Positions 36,122-45,564 of a DNA stretch of 57,365 bases are shown piece after piece (within the stretch, counting starts at the first letter, position 1; the number at the start of each line of letters is the position of its first letter). The stretch spans positions 1 through 57,365 of the forward strand of contig JAZONZ010000018.1 of assembly GCA_045654765.1 (NCBI GenBank), given 5' to 3'. The position numbers were made by a program, and so were the translations under genes. The notes beneath the pieces were generated by a model. That model was not told where the DNA came from. It saw only the letters and a program-made list of their open reading frames with translations, and made no database searches. The stretch is from Christensenellaceae bacterium. Its GTDB lineage: Bacteria; Bacillota; Clostridia; Christensenellales; Borkfalkiaceae.

Positions 36122-37066
36122 ATGAGAAAGGTTACAATTATTGGGGCTGGCGCAGTAGGCTCGGCAATAGGGTATTTATTAGTTGCTGAAGAGGTGGCGT
36201 CAGAAATAGTTTTTATTGACGTTAATAAAGACAAGGCGGCAGGTGAGGCTATGGATATTTATCAAGCAACGCCGTTTTTAAGTCCTACAAAAGTTATTGA
36301 GGGTAGTTATGAAGACGCTGAAGGTTCGGATATTGTAATAATTACGTCAGGTGTTGCAAGAAAGCCAGGTCAAACAAGAATCGACCTTGCTAAGACAAAC
36401 GTTAATATTATAAATTCAATTTCAAAAGATATTGCAAAAGTATGTCCTAACGCAATATATATAATCGTTGCTAACCCTGTTGACGTTTTAACTTATGCGT
36501 TTATCAAGGCATCAGGAATTCCAGCAAATAAAGTTATAGGCTCAGGCACGAGTTTAGATACTGCAAGGTTAAAAGCCAAACTTGCTGAAATATTTAAAAT
36601 TAACTCAATGCAAATTGACGCTTTTTGTTTTGGAGAGCACGGCGACACGCAATTTATTCCTTGGTCGCTTGCAAGAATAGGTGGCGTTCCTATTGACGAA
36701 TATCACAAGGCTATGACGACTAAGTATACCGAATTAGTTGAGTTTAATAAAGACGAAGTGTACGATTACGTTAAAAAATCGGGTGGATATATTATACAAA
36801 GAAAAGGGGCAACGTATAACGGCGTTGCATCTGCGGTGACGTATATTTGCAAATCTATTTTTAGCGGAGCGGATACCATACTTTGTATATCTTCGTTATT
36901 AAACGGAGAATACGGGGTAAAAGACGTGTGTTTAAGTACGCTTGCAGTAGTTTCAAGCGAAGGCATAAAAACTACGTTAACGCCAGCGCTTACTGAAAGT
37001 GAAGGCGAAAAGTTTAAAGCAAGTGCAATTGCTATGAGAAAAGTAATTGAAGAAATTAACGTTTAA
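36122..37066 (+). CDS. mdh: LDH-fold L-2-hydroxyacid dehydrogenase, predicted malate dehydrogenase
   Basis: KVTIIGAGAVGSA Rossmann N-terminus and the LDH-type active-site motif GEHGDT. The substrate-discriminating loop reads GVARKPGQTRIDL, with Arg at the position equivalent to Gln102 of LDH. The gene lies next to fumC. Confidence 0.7.
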   Translation: MRKVTIIGAGAVGSAIGYLLVAEEVASEIVFIDVNKDKAAGEAMDIYQATPFLSPTKVIEGSYEDAEGSDIVIITSGVARKPGQTRIDLAKTNVNIINSISKDIAKVCPNAIYIIVANPVDVLTYAFIKASGIPANKVIGSGTSLDTARLKAKLAEIFKINSMQIDAFCFGEHGDTQFIPWSLARIGGVPIDEYHKAMTTKYTELVEFNKDEVYDYVKKSGGYIIQRKGATYNGVASAVTYICKSIFSGADTILCISSLLNGEYGVKDVCLSTLAVVSSEGIKTTLTPALTESEGEKFKASAIAMRKVIEEINV

Positions 37067-37077
37067 CGAGGTGAAAT

Positions 37078-38442
37078 ATGGAATATCGTATAGAAAAAGA
37101 TACAATGGGCGAAATGAAAGTGCCTGCCGATAGATATTGGGGTGCGCAAACTCAAAGAAGTTATCAAAACTTTAAAATAGGCGAGGAAGTAATGCCTCGT
37201 GAAATAACTCACGCATTTGGTATTTTGAAAAAGGCTGCGGCAAGAGCAAACTTTAAACTTGGCAAATTAAGTGAAGAAAAGTTAAATGCCATAGAACAAG
37301 CGTGTGATGAAGTTATAAGTGGTAAATTAAACGGTCATTTTCCTCTCGTTGTTTGGCAAACGGGCTCGGGCACTCAATCAAATATGAACGCAAACGAAGT
37401 TATTGCTAATAGGGGCAACGAAATAGTTGGTAAAAAGTTGTTACACCCAAACGATGATATAAATAAAAGTCAATCAAGTAACGATACTTTTCCAACGGCA
37501 ATGCATATTAGTGCCGTTATTGGTATTGAAGACAATCTTTTCCCTGCGATTGATACTTTAATCAATACTTTTACAAGGCTTGAAGAAGAAAATAAAGGCG
37601 TTGTTAAAAGTGGTAGAACGCATTTGCAAGATGCTGTTCCTATCAGTTTTTCGCAAGAAATTAGCGGTTGGAAAAATATGCTTGAAAAGTCTAAAACAAT
37701 GATTGAAAAATCATTAAGTGGACTTAAACAACTTGCTCTTGGCGGTACTGCGGTAGGTACGGGACTTAATGCTCCAAAAGGTTTTTCGGAGGGCGTTGCA
37801 AAAGAAGTTAGCATTTTAACGGGCAAAGAATTTGTAACTGCTGATAATAAATTCCACGCATTAACTTCAAAAGACGAACTTGTTTTTGCACACGGTGCTT
37901 TAAAGGCGCTTGCTTGTGATTTAATGAAAATAGCAAACGATATTAGGTGGTTGTCTTCTGGTCCAAGATGCGGTTTGGGTGAAATTTTTATTCCTGAAAA
38001 CGAGCCAGGCTCATCAATTATGCCAGGCAAAGTAAACCCAACTCAATGCGAGGCTATGACGATGGTATCAGTTCAAGTAATAGCAAATGACGTTGCCGTT
38101 TCTATGGGTGCTTCACAAGGCAACTTTGAACTCAACGTATTTATGCCGGTAATTATTTATAATTTCTTACAATCGGTTAAATTACTTGCTGACGGCATTA
38201 CTTCGTTTAATAATAATTGTGTTCAAGGCATTAAGGCAAATAAAGAAAAAATGAAACACAATTTACATAATTCGCTTATGCTTGTTACAGCGCTTAACCC
38301 ATATATCGGTTATGAAAATGCTGCAAAAACGGCTAAAAAAGCACATAAGGAAAATATTAGTTTAAAAGAGGCGTGTGTATCACTTGGCTTCTTAACGGAA
38401 GAAGAATTTGATAAAGTGTTCCACCCAGAAGAAATGATTTAA
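37078..38442 (+). CDS. fumC: class II fumarate hydratase
   Basis: [15 protein letters not shown] signature. [10 protein letters not shown] and SSNDTFPT blocks are also present. Confidence 0.95.
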   Translation: MEYRIEKDTMGEMKVPADRYWGAQTQRSYQNFKIGEEVMPREITHAFGILKKAAARANFKLGKLSEEKLNAIEQACDEVISGKLNGHFPLVVWQTGSGTQSNMNANEVIANRGNEIVGKKLLHPNDDINKSQSSNDTFPTAMHISAVIGIEDNLFPAIDTLINTFTRLEEENKGVVKSGRTHLQDAVPISFSQEISGWKNMLEKSKTMIEKSLSGLKQLALGGTAVGTGLNAPKGFSEGVAKEVSILTGKEFVTADNKFHALTSKDELVFAHGALKALACDLMKIANDIRWLSSGPRCGLGEIFIPENEPGSSIMPGKVNPTQCEAMTMVSVQVIANDVAVSMGASQGNFELNVFMPVIIYNFLQSVKLLADGITSFNNNCVQGIKANKEKMKHNLHNSLMLVTALNPYIGYENAAKTAKKAHKENISLKEACVSLGFLTEEEFDKVFHPEEMI

Positions 38443-38453
38443 AGGGGCAAGAT

Positions 38454-39236
38454 ATGAAATTTAGTTATTATCCTGGCTGTACGTTAAAAACGAAAGCCAA
38501 AGACCTTGATTTATATGGTAGAAAATCTCTTGAAATTTTAGGCGTAGAATTTGAAGAGGTTAAAGAGTGGCAATGTTGCGGGGCTGTATATCCTATGGCT
38601 CGTGATGAAATTGCTACAAAACTTTCAGCGGTAAGAACGTTAGTTTCAGCAAAAGAAGAAGATGCAAAACTAATAACTTTATGCTCGGCATGTCATCACG
38701 TATTAAAAAGAGTTAACGATGATATGAAAAATGATGAAAATATCAATTTAAAAGTAAACAACTATTTAAATTTAGATGAAAAATATAATGGTGAAACTGA
38801 CGTTATACACTATCTTGAACTTTTAAGAGATTACGTTGGATTTGACAAAATTAAAGAAAAAGTAACGGACGCTTTTAAAGGTAAAAAAATAGGCGCATAC
38901 TACGGCTGTTTATTATTAAGACCATCGTCAGTATTAGCCTTTGATAACCCTGAAAATCCTAAAATTATTGAAGATTTTATTAAGGCTATCGGTGGAACGG
39001 CTGTAATTTATCCGTTTAGAAACGAGTGTTGCGGTGCGTACGTTTCGCCATCAAACAAGGCTTTAACTATTGATAGGTGCAATAAGGTTATGGATTCTGC
39101 AAGTCAAAGCGGTGCGGAAATTTTAGTAACGGCGTGTCCGTTATGTAAATATAACCTTACTGAAAATAGCAACAATAAAGTAGAAGTTAAATACTTTACT
39201 GAACTTTTATTCGAGGCACTTGGAGGTAAATTATAA
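38454..39236 (+). CDS. hdrB: heterodisulfide reductase subunit B-like protein (two CCG domains)
   Basis: YYPGC...WQCCGA...CSAC and YYGC...NECCGA...CPLC are the two CCG cysteine motifs. Confidence 0.85.
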   Translation: MKFSYYPGCTLKTKAKDLDLYGRKSLEILGVEFEEVKEWQCCGAVYPMARDEIATKLSAVRTLVSAKEEDAKLITLCSACHHVLKRVNDDMKNDENINLKVNNYLNLDEKYNGETDVIHYLELLRDYVGFDKIKEKVTDAFKGKKIGAYYGCLLLRPSSVLAFDNPENPKIIEDFIKAIGGTAVIYPFRNECCGAYVSPSNKALTIDRCNKVMDSASQSGAEILVTACPLCKYNLTENSNNKVEVKYFTELLFEALGGKL

Positions 39237-39239
39237 TTT

Positions 39240-39626
39240 ATGGATAAGTTAGAACAAGTAAAGTTAATAAAAGAAAGAAGTGGAACTGATACTAAAAAAT
39301 GTATGAAATGTGGCAAATGTAGTGGTCGTTGTCCCGTATATAAAGATATGGATATTAAACCGCATCAATTTGTTTCAATGATAGAAAAAGGCGAAATTGA
39401 TAAATTGTTAAACTCTAAATCGCTTTACGTATGTTTAAGTTGTTTTGCTTGCTTAGAAAGATGCCCAAGAGGTGTTGCTCCCGTTCAAGTTATCGAGGCT
39501 GTTAGACAAGAGGCTATTAGAACGGCTGGCGGAAATAAATTAAACAGTGAAGACGTTCCTCAAATAGTTGATGAGAAAATCCCTCAACAATTATTAGTTA
39601 GTATGTTTAGAAAATTAAACAAATAG
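39240..39626 (+). CDS. hdrC: heterodisulfide reductase subunit C-like 2x[4Fe-4S] protein
   Basis: CMKCGKCSGRCP and CLSCFACLERCP. Confidence 0.8.
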   Translation: MDKLEQVKLIKERSGTDTKKCMKCGKCSGRCPVYKDMDIKPHQFVSMIEKGEIDKLLNSKSLYVCLSCFACLERCPRGVAPVQVIEAVRQEAIRTAGGNKLNSEDVPQIVDEKIPQQLLVSMFRKLNK

Positions 39627-39638
39627 GGAAGTGATAAA

Positions 39639-41630
39639 ATGCAAAGAATAGGTGTTTTTGTTTGTTGGTGCGGAAGTAATATCGCATCAACGATAGACGT
39701 AGAAAAAGTTAGTGAAATTTTAAAATTAGAGCCTAACGTCGTAGTTAGTGAAAACTATCAATATATGTGTTCGGAAAACGGCCAAGCGTTAATTAGAAAT
39801 GCTATTAAAGAGCATAATTTAACGGGTGTCGTAGTTTGTTCGTGTTCACCAAGAATGCACGAAGCAACTTTTAGAAAAACTTGTGAACTTGCCGGACTTA
39901 ATCAACATATGGTTGAAATTGCTAATATTCGTGAACAATGTTCTTGGATACATAAAGATAAAGACGAAGCAACTGAAAAAGCAATAATTTTAGGAAGAAG
40001 TGCAATAGCCAAATTAAAATTAAACACACCGCTTACTTCGGGAGAAAGCCCAGTTGTTAAACGTGCGCTCGTTATAGGTGGCGGTATTGCAGGTATACAA
40101 TCAGCGCTTGATATTGCCGAGGCGGGTTTTGAAGTTGATATAGTTGAAAAATCGCCAACTATCGGCGGGAATATGGCAAAACTTGATAAAACCTTTCCAA
40201 CGTTAGACTGCGCGGCGTGTATTTTAACGCCAAAAATGGTTGACTGCGCTCAAAACGAAAAAATTGATATTTTAACTTATAGTGAAATTGAAGACGTAAA
40301 AGGTTTCGTAGGTAATTTTAAAGTAAAAATTAAAAAGAAAGCAAGATTCGTTGACGAGAAAAAGTGTACGGGCTGTGGCGAGTGTATGCAAAAATGTCCT
40401 TCTAAAAAGGGACTTAACGAATTTAATATGGGCTTAAACACAAGACCTGCTATTTATATTCCTTTTGCACAAGCAATTCCAAACGTTGCGGTTATTGATG
40501 CTAACGAATGTATCAAACTTAAAACGGGTAAATGTGGTTTATGTCAATTAAAATGTCAAGTTAAGGCTATTGACTATACGCAAAAAGACGAATATATTGA
40601 AAGAGAATACGGTGCAATAGTAGTTGCAACGGGTTACAAGCCTATTTCATTAGAAAACTTTAACGAATATGGTTATTCAACGTACAAAGACGTTGTTACT
40701 TCGTTAGAGTTTGAAAGAATTATGAACGCGGCAGGACCAACGGGCGGACACTTAGTTTGTCCATCAAATAATAAAGAGCCAAAAGAAATAGTATTTATTC
40801 AATGCGTAGGCTCAAGAGACGTTTCGGGTTGCGGTAAACCATATTGTAGTAAAATTTGTTGTATGTATACGGCAAAACACGCTATGCTCGTTAGAGAAAA
40901 ATATCCAAATTGTAACGTAACCGTATTTTACATAGACGTAAGAACTCCTGGCAAAAACTACGATGAGTTTTTTAGAAGGGCAGTTGAACAATATGACGTT
41001 GAATATATTAAAGGTATGGTTGGTAAAGTTTACGATAAAGACGGCAGACTCGTTGTTCAAGGCGCTGATATTTTAAACGGCGTACAAATTGTAAAAGAGT
41101 GTGATATGGTCGTACTTGCCGCCGCTATCGAGCCAGATCCATCAGTTAGAAAGATAGCAACCTTATTAACGGCAAGTATTGATACTAATAATTTCTTAAC
41201 GGAAGCACACGCAAAACTTCGTCCTGTTGAAAGTCCAACGGCGGGAATTTTCTTGTCGGGCGTATGTCAAGGACCAAAAGATATTCCTGAAACGGTTTCT
41301 CAAGCAAGTGCTTGCGCATCAAAAGTTATTGCGCTTTTAGTTAAAGATAAATTAAAAACAAACCCTTGCGTAGCAAGTGCTGACGATACGTTATGTACGG
41401 GCTGTTCAGTTTGTGAAAACGTTTGTCCATACGGCGCTATTACGTACGTGGATAAAGAATTTAGACTTGGTGGCGGTAGAACGGAAGTTAGAAGAGTTGC
41501 TACAGTTAATCCAGCAGTATGTCAAGGCTGTGGTGCGTGTACGGTAACTTGTCCTTCAGGCGCTATGGATTTAAAAGGCTTTTCAACAAAGCAAATAATG
41601 GCGGAGGTTGATGCAATATGCAAGAAGTAA
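39639..41630 (+). CDS. hdrA: heterodisulfide reductase subunit A-like FAD/FeS protein
   Basis: N-terminal Cys domain (VFVCWCGSNI...CSCSPR), FAD motif VIGGGIAGIQSALDIAEAG, an inserted ferredoxin domain (CTGCGECMQKCP, CGLCQLKC) and a C-terminal ferredoxin domain (CTGCSVCENVCP, CQGCGACTVTCP). Confidence 0.88.
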   Translation: MQRIGVFVCWCGSNIASTIDVEKVSEILKLEPNVVVSENYQYMCSENGQALIRNAIKEHNLTGVVVCSCSPRMHEATFRKTCELAGLNQHMVEIANIREQCSWIHKDKDEATEKAIILGRSAIAKLKLNTPLTSGESPVVKRALVIGGGIAGIQSALDIAEAGFEVDIVEKSPTIGGNMAKLDKTFPTLDCAACILTPKMVDCAQNEKIDILTYSEIEDVKGFVGNFKVKIKKKARFVDEKKCTGCGECMQKCPSKKGLNEFNMGLNTRPAIYIPFAQAIPNVAVIDANECIKLKTGKCGLCQLKCQVKAIDYTQKDEYIEREYGAIVVATGYKPISLENFNEYGYSTYKDVVTSLEFERIMNAAGPTGGHLVCPSNNKEPKEIVFIQCVGSRDVSGCGKPYCSKICCMYTAKHAMLVREKYPNCNVTVFYIDVRTPGKNYDEFFRRAVEQYDVEYIKGMVGKVYDKDGRLVVQGADILNGVQIVKECDMVVLAAAIEPDPSVRKIATLLTASIDTNNFLTEAHAKLRPVESPTAGIFLSGVCQGPKDIPETVSQASACASKVIALLVKDKLKTNPCVASADDTLCTGCSVCENVCPYGAITYVDKEFRLGGGRTEVRRVATVNPAVCQGCGACTVTCPSGAMDLKGFSTKQIMAEVDAICKK

Positions 41631-42055
41631 AAGAATATAAACCTTTAATAGTAGCATTTTGTTGTAACTGGTGTAGTTATGCGGGGGCTGACCTTGCCGG
41701 CTCGTCAAGACTTTCATATCCTGCGAACGTAAAAATTATAAGAGTACCTTGTTCGTGTAGAGTAAATCCAACCTTTATTTTAAAGGCTTTTCAAAAGGGT
41801 GCTGACGGTGTAATTATTTGCGGTTGTCACCCAGGCGATTGCCATTATACTTCAGGTAATTATTTTGCAAGAAGAAGAATGTCATTACTATTTAATATGC
41901 TTGATTTTTTAGGCATTGAAAGAGAAAGAACGAGAGTTGAGTGGGTTTCCGCTGCCGAAGGCGTTAAGTTTTCTAAGGTTATGAACGATTTTGCTAAAAC
42001 TATCAATGAACTTGGCGAAAACAAGAAGTTGGAGGATTTAAGATGCAAGAATTAG
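41618..42055 (+). CDS. mvhD: MvhD/FlpD-family (methyl-viologen-reducing hydrogenase delta-like) protein; FlxD equivalent
   Basis: LIVAFCCNWCSYAGADLAG...RVPCSCRV...ICGCHPGDCHY. It overlaps hdrA by 13 nt. Confidence 0.85.
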   Translation: MQEVKEYKPLIVAFCCNWCSYAGADLAGSSRLSYPANVKIIRVPCSCRVNPTFILKAFQKGADGVIICGCHPGDCHYTSGNYFARRRMSLLFNMLDFLGIERERTRVEWVSAAEGVKFSKVMNDFAKTINELGENKKLEDLRCKN

Positions 42056-43014
42056 AAAAATTGATTATTAAAAGGGCAAAAGAACTTTTAAACGATGGTA
42101 GTGTAAATAGAGTGCTTGGCTGGAAGAGGGGCGAATTTTGTCACGATATATCGCCAGCAGTATTTTATAATGAAGAACAACTTAAAGATTTTACTTACAA
42201 TTGTTTTTGCGGTGCTAATTTATCTAAATATTTAATTAGTGAAAGTAAACTCGAAGGAAAAGTGCTTGTATTTTTAAAGCCTTGTGATACGTATAGTTTT
42301 AATCAACTTGTAAAAGAGCATAGAATAAACAAAGATAACGTGTACGTTATAGGCATAGAGTGTCAAGGCAAAGTAGACTTTGAAAAATGCCAACAAAAAG
42401 GTTTTGACTTTTTAGATAGCGCTATCGAAACGATTGATAAAATTACTTTAACTAACGGAGATAAAACGCAAACTTTTGATAAAAACCAATTAAAACTTTC
42501 AAAATGTCAAGTTTGCAATAAAGAATTAGTTGCAGGCGATGAAAAAATCGTATTACACGAAAAAGTAAAAGCAGTAGACGATAGATTTGATGACGTAAAA
42601 AAATTAGAGGCTATGACGAGTGAAGAAAGATTTGCTTTTTGGAAGGAACAACTTTCTAAATGTATTCGTTGTAACGCTTGTAGAAACGTTTGTCCTGCTT
42701 GTACTTGCACAAAATGCGTATTCGATAATGACGAGTCAACGATTTCTTCAAAAGCAAACAGCGATAGTTTTGAAGAAAAATTATTCCATATAATAAGGTC
42801 TTTCCACGTGGCTGGTCGTTGTACTGATTGTGGCGAGTGTTCAAGAGTATGTCCTCAAAACATACCCCTACATTTGTTAAACCGTAAATATATTATGGAT
42901 ATTGATAGATTGTACGGCGAATATCAAGCGGGTGCTGACGATTGTTCAAAAGGTCCGTTAACAAGTTACGATAAAGAAGATTTAGACCCAAACGATGCGG
43001 GGGGTAAAAAATAA
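42043..43014 (+). CDS. 4Fe-4S dicluster protein (FlxC-like)
   Basis: CIRCNACRNVCPACTC and CTDCGECSRVCPQ. It overlaps mvhD by 13 nt. Confidence 0.6.
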   Translation: MQELEKLIIKRAKELLNDGSVNRVLGWKRGEFCHDISPAVFYNEEQLKDFTYNCFCGANLSKYLISESKLEGKVLVFLKPCDTYSFNQLVKEHRINKDNVYVIGIECQGKVDFEKCQQKGFDFLDSAIETIDKITLTNGDKTQTFDKNQLKLSKCQVCNKELVAGDEKIVLHEKVKAVDDRFDDVKKLEAMTSEERFAFWKEQLSKCIRCNACRNVCPACTCTKCVFDNDESTISSKANSDSFEEKLFHIIRSFHVAGRCTDCGECSRVCPQNIPLHLLNRKYIMDIDRLYGEYQAGADDCSKGPLTSYDKEDLDPNDAGGKK

Positions 43015-44039
43015 TGAAGAAAATTGAGTATTCTAAAATAAACGCATTATATAATGAAATATCTTCTAAAATGCCACTTTATCTTCCTATTAAAAAGGCT
43101 GATAGTTTAAACTTTTTAAAATATGAAGACGGAGCACAAGTAGATATTGAGTCTTTACAAACGGTAAAATCGGCAAAAGATTTATTTTTCCCTCAATCAG
43201 AAGATATAATGTCTTTTAAAACACAAGGTAAAACTATTGAAATTAAAGACGAAAGAGTAAAAAGTGATGAATTTGCTATTTTTGGCGTTAGGGCTTGCGA
43301 TAATAAGAGTTTTGAAGTTTTAGATAGAGTGTTTTTGGCTGAGCCCGTTGACACTATGTATAAAACTAAAAGAGATAATGCAATTATTATGACGCTTGCT
43401 TGTAATAATCCTCAAAAATCATGTTTTTGTAAGGTGTTTGATATTGACGCTTCTTCGCCAAAGGGCGATATAGAAATGTATTTAGATAATGAATATCTTT
43501 ATTTAGATGCTAAAACTAAAAGGGGCGAAGACTTATTAAATAGTTTAACTTGTTTGCAAGATGGTGGCGAAGAAAAAGTTGCAAGCATAAAAGAGCAAAT
43601 TGTTAAAAAGATTGATAATCTTCCTTATTCTAATTTAAAATTAGATGCTTTCAAAGGCGAAAATCTAATGACGCTTTTTGATAGAAAAGAGTGGGATGAA
43701 TTATCTAAGGCTTGTTTAGGTTGCGGAACTTGTACGTTCGTATGTCCAACTTGTCAATGTTTTGATATTAAGGATTTTACTACTAACGAAGGCGTTAAAC
43801 GTTTTAGGTGTTGGGATAGTTGTATGTATTCCGACTTTACTAAAATGGCTGCGGAAAATCCAAGAAAAAATCAAATGCAAAGATTTAGGCAACGCTTTAT
43901 GCATAAACTCGTATATTATCCTTCAAATAACGACGGATTATATAGTTGCGTAGGTTGTGGAAGATGCGTTAAAAAATGTCCGCAAGCGTTAAACATTGTA
44001 AAGGTTATTAAAAAGTTAGGGGGTAGCGAAAATGAATAA
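43014..44039 (+). CDS. 4Fe-4S dicluster protein (AsrA/sulfhydrogenase-beta/FlxB-like)
   Basis: CLGCGTCTFVCPTCQCFD and CVGCGRCVKKCPQ. ATGA overlap with the upstream gene. Confidence 0.65.
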   Translation: MKKIEYSKINALYNEISSKMPLYLPIKKADSLNFLKYEDGAQVDIESLQTVKSAKDLFFPQSEDIMSFKTQGKTIEIKDERVKSDEFAIFGVRACDNKSFEVLDRVFLAEPVDTMYKTKRDNAIIMTLACNNPQKSCFCKVFDIDASSPKGDIEMYLDNEYLYLDAKTKRGEDLLNSLTCLQDGGEEKVASIKEQIVKKIDNLPYSNLKLDAFKGENLMTLFDRKEWDELSKACLGCGTCTFVCPTCQCFDIKDFTTNEGVKRFRCWDSCMYSDFTKMAAENPRKNQMQRFRQRFMHKLVYYPSNNDGLYSCVGCGRCVKKCPQALNIVKVIKKLGGSENE

Positions 44040-44859
44040 TGATGCTTTAATTCCTATGATAGGCGTTATAACTGATATTAGAAAAGATACTCCCGACGTT
44101 AAAACTTTTAGAGTTGTTTCACTTGACGGCAAAAAACTTTTTGAGCATATGCCAGGTCAATGTGCTATGATTTCAATTCCAGGTATAGGCGAGGCTATGT
44201 TTTCAATAACTTCTTCACCTACTAACAAGGAATTTATGGAATTTTCTATTAAAAAATGCGGTTGCGTTACAAGTTGGTTACACTCTTGCGAAGTAGGTCA
44301 ACAAATAACGGTAAGAGGTCCTTACGGAAACGGTTTCCCCGTTGAAGATGCGTTTAAAGGTAAAAACTTATTGTTTATTGCGGGCGGTATCGGTTTAGCA
44401 CCACTTCGTTCGGTAATAAACTACGTTAGAGATAATAGAGAAAACTATAAAACGGTTGATATTGTTTACGGTGCAAGGTCTAAAGACGATCTCGTTGATA
44501 TTCAAGAAATTGAAAACGAGTGGAAGAACGAAGAAAATATCAACGTTTATTTAACTATTGATAGAGAGCAAGAAGGTTGGAACGGCCACGTAGGATTTGT
44601 TCCAAATTACGTAAAAGAAGTAAATATTCCAACGGATAGAACGGCGGTACTTTGCGGTCCACCTATTATGATAAAGTTTACGTTGCAAGCACTTTTAGAA
44701 CTTGGCTTTGATAAAAAACAAGTATATACGACTTTAGAGTTTAGAATGAAGTGCGGTATAGGTAAATGCGGTCGCTGTAACGTGGGCGATAAGTACATTT
44801 GTAAAGACGGTCCCGTATTTAGAATGGACCAACTTGAAGAATTACCTTCTGAATATTAA
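44032..44859 (+). CDS. FAD/NAD(P)-binding oxidoreductase with a C-terminal [2Fe-2S] (PyrK/AsrB/FlxA-like)
   Basis: Ferredoxin-reductase-type fold (RGPYGNGF, LLFIAGGIGLAPLRS) and the cluster motif CGIGKCGRCNV. 8-nt overlap with the upstream gene. Confidence 0.8.
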   Translation: MNNDALIPMIGVITDIRKDTPDVKTFRVVSLDGKKLFEHMPGQCAMISIPGIGEAMFSITSSPTNKEFMEFSIKKCGCVTSWLHSCEVGQQITVRGPYGNGFPVEDAFKGKNLLFIAGGIGLAPLRSVINYVRDNRENYKTVDIVYGARSKDDLVDIQEIENEWKNEENINVYLTIDREQEGWNGHVGFVPNYVKEVNIPTDRTAVLCGPPIMIKFTLQALLELGFDKKQVYTTLEFRMKCGIGKCGRCNVGDKYICKDGPVFRMDQLEELPSEY

Positions 44860-44878
44860 TTAAATGGAGAAAAACAGT

Positions 44879-45553
44879 ATGGAAAAAATGGTTAACGTTT
44901 ATTTTTTCGGTAAAAAATATAGTGTTCCAAGCAGTCTTACTATTATGAAGGCTATGGAATATGCTGGCTATCAACTTATTCGTGGTTGTGGTTGTCGTAA
45001 TGGTTTTTGCGGTGCTTGTTCTACTTTATATAGAATTAAGGGCAAAACCGAACTTAAAACTTGTCTTGCTTGTCAACAACAAGTAGAAGAAGGTATGTAC
45101 GTTGCTACACTTCCTTTCTTCCCACTCGTAAAACAAGTTTACGATATTCAAAAGGTAAAACCAACGGAACAAATTATGATGCAATTATATCCTGAAATTT
45201 ATAGTTGTATAGGTTGTAATGCGTGCACTAAGGCTTGTCCTCAAAGTTTAAAAACTATGCAATATATTGCATATGCTCAAAGGGGCGAATATGAAAAGTG
45301 TGCAGAAGAGTCTTTTGACTGCGTAATGTGCGGTATTTGTTCATCTCGTTGTCCTGCTGGTATTTCACACCCACAAGTTGCTATTTTGGCTCGTAGATTA
45401 TACGGCAAATACATAGCACCTGAGTGCAAACACCTTATTGATAGAGTTGAAGAAATAAATAGTGGTGCTTTTGATAATGATATGAAAACTATTATGACTA
45501 CGCCACTTGAAAAACAAAAAGAACTTTACAATACTCGTAAAATTGAGGACTAA
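44879..45553 (+). CDS. frdB: succinate dehydrogenase/fumarate reductase iron-sulfur subunit-like protein
   Basis: SdhB-type [2Fe-2S] pattern CGCRNGFCGACS...CLAC, then CIGCNACTKACPQ and CVMCGICSSRCPAG. I placed the start at the ATG 8 nt after GGAGA. The track start is 44864. Confidence 0.75.
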   Translation: MEKMVNVYFFGKKYSVPSSLTIMKAMEYAGYQLIRGCGCRNGFCGACSTLYRIKGKTELKTCLACQQQVEEGMYVATLPFFPLVKQVYDIQKVKPTEQIMMQLYPEIYSCIGCNACTKACPQSLKTMQYIAYAQRGEYEKCAEESFDCVMCGICSSRCPAGISHPQVAILARRLYGKYIAPECKHLIDRVEEINSGAFDNDMKTIMTTPLEKQKELYNTRKIED

Positions 45554-45564
45554 GGAGGTAGATT

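Noticed and set aside
38454-42055. Possible in-frame TGA selenocysteine codons in hdrA/mvhD, which are known in some organisms
   Set aside because: All Hdr/Mvh ORFs are uninterrupted with Cys at the expected positions. There is no split-ORF pattern around a TGA.
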